A stretch of 64,000 nucleotides of DNA from Phoronis australis (taxonomy: Eukaryota; Animalia; Phoronida), in assembly GCA_002633005.1 (NCBI GenBank), contig NMRA01000368.1, forward strand, positions 304,920 to 368,919, given 5' to 3'. Position 1 is the stretch's first letter. Each line of letters starts with the position of its first letter. The notes below the pieces were generated by a model. The model did not search any database. It was given only the letters and a program-made list of their open reading frames with translations, and was not told where the DNA came from. The position numbers and the translations under genes were made by a program. Below are positions 1 to 9,743 of this stretch, piece after piece.

Positions 1-243
1 AAAATGGCTGCCGAAAACCAATGCACAGTTGAACAACTCGGCTTAAGTAAAAGAAAACGTTTGAATCAACGAATACTATATATTTGTGAGAGTTAAATCA
101 AGTCCTATTCAGATCATAACTTTGAAGTGGAATAATTGGGTGAGTAAGACAACAAGCCGGTTTTATGCTTAGGCGGACGACTATAGGGTATCGGAGTGTA
201 CTTGACACCGGTGGTATGAAATGTGAAATGAATATAAACTTAC

Positions 244-377
244 CTCTCCTTATCTTTAGGCAAGCGAAAGAAAGAACGCTTTTCTTCGTCTGTGTTTCTA
301 AAACTGCAATTGGCAGCCGAACACATCGTGCCTCTTTTAAGTTTTTTGTCACCGGACGACCCACTGCATTCATCCAT
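244..377 (-). CDS. First coding exon of a THAP zinc-finger domain gene (host THAP protein or THAP-bearing transposase); the gene continues off the left edge
   Basis: Not in the ORF track. ATG at 377 gives MDECSGSSGDKKLKRGTMCSAANCSFRNTDEEKRSFFRLPKDKE(R), followed by the donor AG|GTAAGT at 243. C-S-A-x-x-C...S-F-F-R-L-P-K-D matches the N-terminal half of the THAP C2CH signature (CxxxxC...FxxFP). Confidence 0.75.
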
Positions 378-1038
378 TGTTATGTTGTATGAGCGCCCTC
401 CAGAAGGTGGCGCTACGTGTAACGCTGTGACGTATTTAGGTCATAAGTCGGAAATCTTAGTGTCTGTGTGTCAACGGTCTTGGGCGACATTGACGATAGC
501 GTCGTTCCTTCCTTCCAAGAGATGGCGCTGTAAACCATTACCTATTTCTTGGAGGCAACTCTTGACCAGCTGTGAACTGTTTTATCAATTTTTTTTTTTA
601 ATATAATGAGCAGCTTCTACGCTATGATTTTTAAGTCTTAATTTTCTAAAATAATTATGTTAAAAAATTGTTTTTTGTTTGTATTTCTAAAGATGCAATC
701 TAAAACCGTTTTACTTTAAACAGAAAAGAAAATATAATTATCATTCGAACTCGAATAGTTGTGTTAAAGCGTACTCTAGTTTGCCGTGGCATGGCTGCTC
801 ACATGCGATCATGACCGGTATGCTCACATGGATGCAGAAATGCGGGCTATTGTCGACTTCGCTTTAGGGCAAACGAGGATGCGCTTTATATTAACAAGGT
901 AATGATTAGCCAGTAAACCAGGATCTCAGTCTTTTGGCCGGGAATCGGTAACCAATTTTCTTTGGTGTCACGGTGTGATCCCTGGAAATGGTCGTCTGGT
1001 AGGTGTGGCCAGGGGAGCCAAGAGAATGACACTCAAAA

Positions 1039-1525
1039 TTGAGCTAGATCAGTTTTTCTGGTAACCACTTCGAACTGCCTTGGATACCTACATGTACTAC
1101 ATAGTAATCCACTGCATCAAATTGGTCATTGCCAGACAATTCCAGTGGTGGGGAGTATCGGCTAGACGGTTATAAGCAAGGTAAAAAATTGAGCTAGATC
1201 AATCCAAGAGGTAACCGCATGACCCGAACCAGTTCCAAAAAACTTCACCGTAAGCCCGGGTATCACGAATGAACAATGCCAGACAAATCTAGTGGTGGGT
1301 TAGCCCCGCCAGACACGCCCAAGTACCCGAGTTGAGCTAGATCAACCCACCAGGTAACCGTTTGAAACCAATTGCACGATGTTCATCACTCTACATGGCA
1401 CAACAGTCACAAGTTTGATGCCAGACAATTTCAGTGGTGGGGTGCCCCTGCCAGACGATTATCAAAAAGGGTTAAAAATTGAGCTAGATTAACCAAAGAG
1501 GTAACCGTTTAAAACCAGTTCCAAA
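1039..1525. repeat. Degenerate tandem array: 3 full units plus 1 partial, period 143-150 bp, conserved blocks separated by variable spacers
   Basis: GAGCTAGAT starts at 1041, 1191, 1334 and 1481, each followed by GGTAACC. A second block, TGCCAGACAA-N4-AGTGGTGGG...GC(C/T)AGAC, occurs in the first three units. Confidence 0.85.
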
Positions 1526-3099
1526 ATATTTTTTTCCTTTAAGAATTTATTATCATTTATAAAACAGTACAAAAACAAACAAACAAATAAGTACATCCAT
1601 TCATTCACGCATGCACACCTCAGGAAAGACCATTCTCGAGTCGTTTAAAGTAAATAACTTCTACATGTAGTTAAAGACAGCGTCCAGCTGCTAAAACACT
1701 TCCTTGACACCAGAAATTAATGTATTGTTCATAAAGTTGTTTTTGCTTCTTGCATACCACGGAAAGGTTCAGAGACCAATTTTATATAGCTGTCAATCGA
1801 TTAGGTAATTGGGCAAGCGAGGTCTTTTCAAATTAGACTTACCGTTGTTTTGCAAAAATGGTTTGCCGTGGATGTTTAGTCTGTTTATGATAACATTGCT
1901 CAGCCCTATAATCGATAGTCGCTGTCAGAAATTGTTCGTGACTAGCCAGAGCGCTTCGATTACACTGACACAGACCTGCCAGCCAGGCAGTTGTATCAAG
2001 AGCAACGTCAAAATACTCACTGGGGTTGAACCAGTTGCAATGACGTACGTCTGTCTTGTTGTTTTTAAACTCATTTTCTAGTCAAGCTTTTGATCTAATT
2101 AGTCGGATTGGCAAGGATTCACTGAATTGCTTTAAATTGTACATCTCAGAGAGGTGCCAGGTTGTATCCCTTGGTGGATGTCTGTATGTGTTCAGAGCTA
2201 TCACACACGGTGTTATCAACGACTTGTTTTTGTCTGCGATAGCGCAGTTGATGGGCCTACTGGTATGCAAACGATTCTGCTTAATCTGTAGTGCCAACTT
2301 CACTGCACACAGTGAAGAACATACTTCAGTCTGACTTGGATAAAACTGCTACTTGGTGTATTGTTAACATAATCATTATTAAAACTGAAAAAAACAAAAC
2401 GTATGAGTATGACCTCAGAGAAAAGTCAGATGTTTCAAGTAACCTTGACCTTAATCTGCCGGGGTATTTTGGGTGCTCAGCTCAAGCATGGCAGGTTGAC
2501 AGCGAAAAGTTATTGGTAGTCACTGTTGTTCTAAACATATTAGTGGGACTGTGTGCAAAATTAGACGTACACGGTCTTGGTCTTCTCCGACGTATATCGC
2601 TGTCGTAGATTAGTGTATAGTACACCATATAATTTCCGAAAGATTCTGCTCTTTGGTGCTCAATCTAACGATAAGAAGAGGCATAAATACTTCATCAACA
2701 AATAAATAAACACTACTTGATACGAAACCTCGATCAAAGTTTATTACAAAGAATAACAAAATTAATACCAAGCAATTAATAGTCTAATCAAAATTATATC
2801 GAGTTTCTGACAATGGTTGTAAGCAAATACTTGGGACTAGTCAGATCTAAGACCGTCAGATGCCCACTACATTACATCTGCAAACTTGCTAGTTGGTCGT
2901 ACCAAAGTCTTGAACTAACGTTATAGGTGTTTTGCTTATTTAGTATTCCAGGCTCCAATCACCCGTTGCTCTTATAGTGCAAGTGCTTGGAAAAGTCAAG
3001 TGGGCGCGGATGTTTTGCGGCGGACTTATAATCAAGGATGGGCTACGGCGCATAAATCACGCACACGCATGAGCTGGCATCATTATTATGACAAAGAAA

Positions 3100-4614
3100 C
3101 TATTTTTCAAAGATAGAGCGGGTGAATAACTTCTCCGTCCTCAGGGCCTTGATGACGTCATCCCAAGTAGCTCTGGCTGGCACTTGAGACATCAGTTGAC
3201 GAGCATCGTAGAATCTCTCGCTGGAGTCTGTCTCCCAGTTGATCAGGCCCATTAGATCGCGTACCTTAACGAAGTCGCCGTAATACGTGGCACAGGGATT
3301 GTATTTCAATAACGCTGCGTCTCGAAAATCTAAGAACTGTGCCTCGTACAAACCATTAGCCTTGATCACTACTATGTTGTCCGCACTCACGGCACTCAAA
3401 ATCACGCCTGCTCTGTTGAGAACGTTAACTTGTTCACAGATTTGGATAAGAACGTCAAGCCACTCTCGTTCGGTCAGTGGAGTAAACCCAGACATTTTCT
3501 TGTAGTCGCTGAGTAGTTGACGCAGTGTCTGTCCTTTGCAGATAGGGCTTCCACCAAAGTCAATTAAAATTCCCCACGAAATGTGAATCGAATTTTCCTC
3601 TAACGGGAAAACCCCTCGAAATTGAGGCTTGATTCCTTTCTCATTGGCAAACCGGAAAATTTCAACTTCTTTCCAGACGTCGTACAAAGATGATGACTCC
3701 TTGCGAAACACCTTGAGAGCGTAGAACGTCTGCACGTGATCAACTAGGTACACACAGCCATAATTTCCTCGATCAATGACAACGGGTTTTCCGGCGTCAT
3801 GATTAACGTAATGATAGCTCATTGGATCGTGAACAATAGTCGCACCAAATTTAGACTCAAAATCTTCTAGATCGAGAAGCGGCGACGTCTTGAAAGCCGG
3901 AAATGGAAAAGCTGATGCATGTTCACTAGACCAATTTTTGCTGTTTTTATTGCTCTTCTTCTTGGAAAATACTGATTTTACTTTACGCACTGTTCTCTGG
4001 AAAAACGATAACTTTCGCTGTTCGCAGTCTTTGTCGAAACCTGCTACGTCCTCGCTCGTACCAGCTACTGGGACGTTCTCAGTTTCTGTAACTCCTTCCG
4101 GAAACACGTGCAAACTATTTTTCGGAATCTTTGCGGAGTTGGTATTGCTACTATCTTCAAATCGAGCAGCCTCACAAGAATAACCGGGCAGTGATATGTT
4201 ATCAGTTTCGGTTTCTCCTTCGGAATTGGAGCATCCCAAACCGGCATCCTCCTCAGGGATGACTTCCATAGCCCTATGTGTCTCTCGACGAGTACTGAAG
4301 CAATGTGCACGTTTTTTATACATACCGCTGCAATGTGCTGTTCTATTTTTGAGTTCAGTGGAACAACCAGGGGGTAGCAAGTCGTCACTTTTTACCACCT
4401 CCTCGTGATCGCCGCCTCCAAAGTCATCATCCTCGTGATGAATTACTTGTCGTCTGTGCGGCTTTCGACTTGTAGCACAGCAATGGGCACCATTATTTTG
4501 CATAGCTCTATAGTCTTTGATTCGTCTTTTCGCTCTGTTTCTCGAAATGTACAGTTTGAGCCTCTCGTTCGTCTTTTTCAACACGTATTTTTTGTCCGAA
4601 ATCGTTCCAACCAT
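3100..4614 (-). CDS. Intronless protein-kinase-fold protein, probable pseudokinase (about 504 aa)
   Basis: Long uninterrupted ORF. Gly-loop-like DRGNYGCVY, ALK lysine and helix-C Glu (KEVEI) are present. The catalytic loop reads VILSAVSADNIVV (no HRD Asp) and DFG reads DFR. The first in-frame ATG at 4614 has a strong context (ACAATGG); the track start at 4650 is a GTG. A TATA-like stretch lies near 4760 and AATAAA on the minus strand at 2740-2745. Confidence 0.8.
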   Translation of the reverse strand: MVGTISDKKYVLKKTNERLKLYISRNRAKRRIKDYRAMQNNGAHCCATSRKPHRRQVIHHEDDDFGGGDHEEVVKSDDLLPPGCSTELKNRTAHCSGMYKKRAHCFSTRRETHRAMEVIPEEDAGLGCSNSEGETETDNISLPGYSCEAARFEDSSNTNSAKIPKNSLHVFPEGVTETENVPVAGTSEDVAGFDKDCEQRKLSFFQRTVRKVKSVFSKKKSNKNSKNWSSEHASAFPFPAFKTSPLLDLEDFESKFGATIVHDPMSYHYVNHDAGKPVVIDRGNYGCVYLVDHVQTFYALKVFRKESSSLYDVWKEVEIFRFANEKGIKPQFRGVFPLEENSIHISWGILIDFGGSPICKGQTLRQLLSDYKKMSGFTPLTEREWLDVLIQICEQVNVLNRAGVILSAVSADNIVVIKANGLYEAQFLDFRDAALLKYNPCATYYGDFVKVRDLMGLINWETDSSERFYDARQLMSQVPARATWDDVIKALRTEKLFTRSIFEK

Positions 4615-7589
4615 TGTATTGAATTCTTGTATCACCGCTTGGGAAAACACCGATCTTCAGCTATGGACAACCACGCGCATTACAAATTACGAATGAGTGT
4701 TTATTACGCCATTCTTTATTTTGCAACAAAAATCGATTATAGTTAATTTTCCTCAGTATATATAAATTAAAAAATAGTTTTTATACTTCGGGAAACTGTA
4801 GTATTTTTCATATTCTATTACGGTATATTTAGGAAATAAGAACACCATAAAATAACCATTTTAGAACTTCTACAATTACAGTCACCTAACAATGAAATAT
4901 TCTGTGGTACAATAGACTGTCGTATATAGCAACACCTAATAAAAATAAAATGCGGTCTGCGCAATGATTTCTAGTCTCTTGATACTAAAGTACCAAAAGT
5001 CAAGTTTCATATTACATTTATGTTTTGACAATAAATACTACTAAAGTTCCGGATTTCGTTACCAGTTGCTTCTTTATATCGTTAAAACGTTTTTGGAAAA
5101 CAATGACCGAATTTGTGTTTAGGGTAAGACCAACAAAACAATTATAAATTTCAAACAAAGACAAAGCTCAGAAACCACCAGACTTGGTATATGTTTTGAC
5201 TAATGGGTGTTTTCCACAAAAAGTACTGTCAATCTATACGAAATAACTACTAAAGAACGCTGCTAACCAAAAACCACGTCTCCTCTCAGTTGTAACTTAA
5301 ATTTGGATAACTGTCCATGCACGCACCCAGCCTAAAATATAGGGGGGCTCGAATTCTTACATATGCGGACCTTTTACTGAAAAAGATCAACGAGGACTAA
5401 AAAAACGGGGCCACTATGTTCAGGCCTGCCAATCGTGCATCCATGCCGAATTCCTGTGGACTTTGTGGACTTTTGTCTCGTTTACTGGGACTTTTTGTTT
5501 CACTTAGGCGGACCTTTGTGCCCAATTCGCCAAATAGTGGGGTTGCTCGTTCGCTCCCCCCAGCCACCCACGCCCCCCCCCTCCTCCTCCTCCTGGGGTG
5601 GATCATCAGACCAGTGCGAGGGTCCCGGGGGTTTTATATAGATGAGGGACTTGCCACTCAGAAGATTGATATTTCACGACCAGATTGCCTGCGTAAGGTT
5701 GTCTTTTCTGTTTCTTCGAAAGGGTGTCTTTTCTGAAAAAATACCCTAAAGGGTTTACTTTGGGATTTTATTCTCTTACTACCCGAAGCTACAGAATGTA
5801 TTTTAACTACACATTTAACATTTTTGTTGCAAAAGAGGTACTCATTTTTTGACACCATGACTTCTTTTCTTGTACCGTTTCGGGATAATGAATAAACATC
5901 TAGTTACCAATTCTCGCTACCAACAGATTTCATTTATTAATTAATCGTTACTTAAATTTGATATTTCTTGAGCATGATTCTTTCAAAAACGTGAAAATGT
6001 GATCTTTTCATGGATACTAGCTACTGATGGGTCCCACTTTTCTTACCCCCTCTCTAAATGAGCGACTATCTCATAATCTTTCAGCTGCAACCTTCGTCAA
6101 AAATTTAGTCTAGTACTTTCACGGGAGCTGTTGTGCATCTGTGCTTTGAGGACTTGAGGAGTCTGGAACAGAGAAAATACAGGTTCCACCGAGACTGAAT
6201 ACCCACTGTACCACCCAGAAAAAGTTTTCTCCGTTGCCATGACAATGCCAATACCTCAATGTATTCTGTGTAACTAACGGATCAGAGATGCCGAAGCCAT
6301 AAACAATGGAGGGTAACTTCAGTCGGAAGAAAGATTACCACACCACTGAGCTGATGGTTGCCATGTCGTATCCAAATTCTATTGACTACCCCAAGCAAAT
6401 GAGATACTCAGCAGATTCCTGCAATACAAATACGCTGTCGTAATTTTCAATATGCGTCTCTTCATCTCGTTGAATATTTTCGTAGTCTCCAGTTATTATA
6501 CACCCTTTTCACGCAGTCGCTTTTTTAAAAGTAAGCCTCTTTTTATGTTTTAAAAACAGTTCAGTTGCGCTTAAATATAGCGCAAAGCGTGATTTTTTCG
6601 CGTGTCTCGTTATTTTCACGTCTCAAATCCATTGTTTTTTAAACCTAAAAAGAGGCTCACTACTAAAATACGTGAATAAGGTCTATAGCTCTATTTGTGT
6701 TTTCATTTCTCAGTTCCAGCGCTACTTACCTCTAAGCTTGTATTCGAAGACAGAGCAGCCGATTTTAAAAGAAAAATGTTCATACAAGCCAATTTCGTTC
6801 TTTGTATAAAAGAATAAAAGTTTGAGGAGTGTTTCACTTTCCTACGTTTGCACATTTTCTTAGAGCAAAGGTTGACAAATATTTTTTTTTTTGTGTTTGG
6901 TGCATAAATGTGTTCACAATAGCTTACATGTATTACTCGTTTCAAACAACCAGCAAATCAAGACTAGATTCTCTTCCTCCCTTCTCATAGAACTTCGTCC
7001 TTATTTGTTCAAGCCACGAAACGATTTACCAAGTAGCCTGAAGGGGGCGGATGGTTACGATGACTTCAGGCACCAAGTCATCACTTACTTATCCATGCCG
7101 TCCCTCCCTTCGTTTCAGTCAGTTTTCCCCTACTAGAATTCTTTGTATACATCGTGTAGAAGTTTTAATTTATTTTTATTCAATTTCTAAATTTGATATG
7201 TATGAATATCCATTTAATTCAATATAATTTTATTGCTGTACGAGGATCATGCTGTATATTAACCTTTGGCTAAAACATGTTTTAAATTGTATCGGATTTT
7301 ATCCTCTATAAATAAAGTTAAGTATTATTATTACCATTTCATTTTTATTTTTTATTTACTTATTTTTTATTTGTACGTAACCGAAACATGGAATGCAGCC
7401 CACCCACTCGGCATACACCTATGATACACAAGTGAGATGAACTTTTAGCCAATAGGAATGCAATGTTTTCATATTTGCAAAATGGCGGAAACTGTTCATG
7501 TTCTCTCTTGTCAGATTATGTTTTTCTGTAGTGGAACCGTGATCAAGATGTCGTGTACGTGAATTTGCCATCAAGTTGAACTTGACACT

Positions 7590-7635
7590 ATGTCTGTCAC
7601 TCAAGGTTTGAAATCGGCAGATACTGGAGAATTAG
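7590..7635 (+). CDS. Duplicate copy of VWA5A-like coding exon 1 (MSVTQGLKSADTGEL)
   Basis: Same sequence as 9744-9789, with donor G|GTGAGT in phase 1, which fits exon 2 at 15835. Confidence 0.6.
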
Positions 7636-9043
7636 GTGAGTTCAGAAGTTTTAAATCTGCCATTAGCGGTCCCTTGTTTAGAGCTAGGAACCAGTTTGGA
7701 GAGATATGTATTGAGTAACATGCCCGTTATCCATTGCCAGTGGCAGTGGGTGAAACTGGTTCGCTAAATCAGTGACTTCATATCTGATCAGTGCCACTCA
7801 GAGTCTTCACTGCCACTGGATGGCCGTAAGCTACTAGACAGTTCAGTACCACCGTTCTCAGTTCTGTCCGCTGTTCATGAGACGGTGTCAGTGCCATCCC
7901 ATGTTGCCGTGGTCTTCCATGACCACGATGATGAACGCTTCAAGCTTTTCAGCGAATTATGTATCACACTGATTAAATCATCAAAATCGTATGAACGCTT
8001 TAGGCTTTTCGGCGAATTATGCCTCACACTGATTAAATCATCAAAATCGTGTTGCTATAAGTAGCTTTTGTAAATCTTAAGATGGTGGTTTCCTAAGGTG
8101 TCCCTTTATGCGCAAAAAGTGTCTTTAGGTTTTAAGTGTGAGGCATAATTCACCAAAAGGCTTCAAGCATATGGAGAGCCTATGAAATGACCACCATCTC
8201 TACTGCGACCAGTTGAGACAGTGGTACTGTCTAGTTAGTGACTACTAGTAGTAGCAGTTGTAATAGTAGTAGTGGGGCTTTGTATGATCGACAGGGCCGA
8301 TCCAAAATGCTAAACTAGCAGCGGCGACTGTGTGAAGCCTCGGGTTGTGTATAATCGAACACGTTAATCATTGATAATTGTCAGTGTTGCCACTCTCACT
8401 GCTGCCTGAACGCTCACAGTCACGTGCTTCACTTGAGGTGAGGCGCAGGTTCTTCCATGAAAATTGTTACAACTTACAAGTGTGCCTTCATGAGGTCAGG
8501 AAGGAGAACCTTGAACGAGTGGCTAACAGAGACTCAGGTGAGTAACTGCAATGTCACTACCTTTGAACTAGGACGGTACAATTTCCCTGACGTTCTTCAA
8601 TCAGGCTGGCCCCCTTCGAAACCACCACCCCTTCAAACTCGGGAGGCTGTCACGGTGTTGTCCCTCTCCGTTGTCATGGATACGTACCGTTGATGAGCGT
8701 CAGTATCATGTGGAAAGTCATGTAGTATTGAACCTAGTACCTCTCACTTTAAAGCCAAACTACTTGACCAAAGACAGTTGCCCTTTGGTGAATAGTGAGG
8801 CCTTTACTTACACAATTACTACTAACTCAAATGACCCATTGCAATAAATTTCCCCACCAAAATCACTGAAACCATATTTTAATTAACACAGCACATGTGC
8901 ACTTAGTCGGTCCACCAACTCTGACCTCTGGGCAGTGATCCTCAGGGTTTACTCATGGCCAACCAATAGTTATCACTGCCAACAGGCGTAACTTTCAAGT
9001 AAAAATATACTGGAAATCAAAAACCCTAATCGATTCACACTTA

Positions 9044-9665
9044 CAGCACACATCACGAATTTTTGGCCGCCCGGTCGGAAATTGGTCGACGACTAGCCGT
9101 CGACCGGTCGTCTAATTTGCCGACCGGTCGGCTAAAAATTAGCCGACCGCCAGCCGCCCGCAGTGCCGACTCATAAGGCGACTCCCCAGCCGACCCTTCA
9201 GCCGACCCTTCAGCCGACCGGCCATCAGCCGACCAGCTGGTCGGCTGCTATTTTTAGGCTAGAGTAGCAGTTGCGTAATAGGTTGTCAGGCTGATACCAC
9301 TTTGCGTGTCGATGCATATTCGTCTGAGCACAGGGTCAAATAAATTAACCTAGTTTTACTGTCTCGGTTACATGAGTTCACGTCGGTTGTGTAATACCAC
9401 TAATTCGAAGGTTGAAGGCAAGCGGTAATAGTAAACATTGGATTATGGACAATGCAACAAGTTTTGGATGAAAAACGTGAAAGTTTTCTTTACATTTGAT
9501 CTTTAATTTTACTCGTGACGTTAACAAGATGTATTAGATCGGTTGCTTCCCGGTCAATACAACGCTGTAGTCATTTTGTAAACGCAGCTATTTTAGCAGT
9601 CTTCGCCCGCAGTTGATTTCAAGTTGTTTGTGTAACGCCAAACTGCATCTTTTTGCGTTTTTTTA
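9044..9665. mobile_element. GCCGAC/GTCGGC-rich insertion, probably a non-autonomous DNA transposon, truncated at the N
   Basis: It follows a TA at the point where copy 1 diverges from copy 2 and contains many CCGACCGGTCGG palindromes and CAGCCGACC repeats (9060-9250). The far terminus is not seen. Confidence 0.5.
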
Positions 9666-9743
9666 NAGATTATGTTTTTCTGTAGTGGAACCGTGATCAA
9701 GATGTCGTGTACGTGAATTTACCATCACGTTGAACTTGACACT

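Noticed and set aside
98-373. 91-aa minus-strand ORF in the track
   Set aside because: Wrong frame; the THAP-like frame starts at 377 and is spliced at 244.
1039-1525. CRISPR array or repeat-protein coding sequence
   Set aside because: The context is eukaryotic with no cas genes, each unit has two conserved blocks and a ~147-bp period, and the unit lengths and stop codons break any reading frame.
3287-4746. Several short ORFs overlapping the kinase-like gene
   Set aside because: Antisense or alternate-frame shadows with no recognisable motifs.
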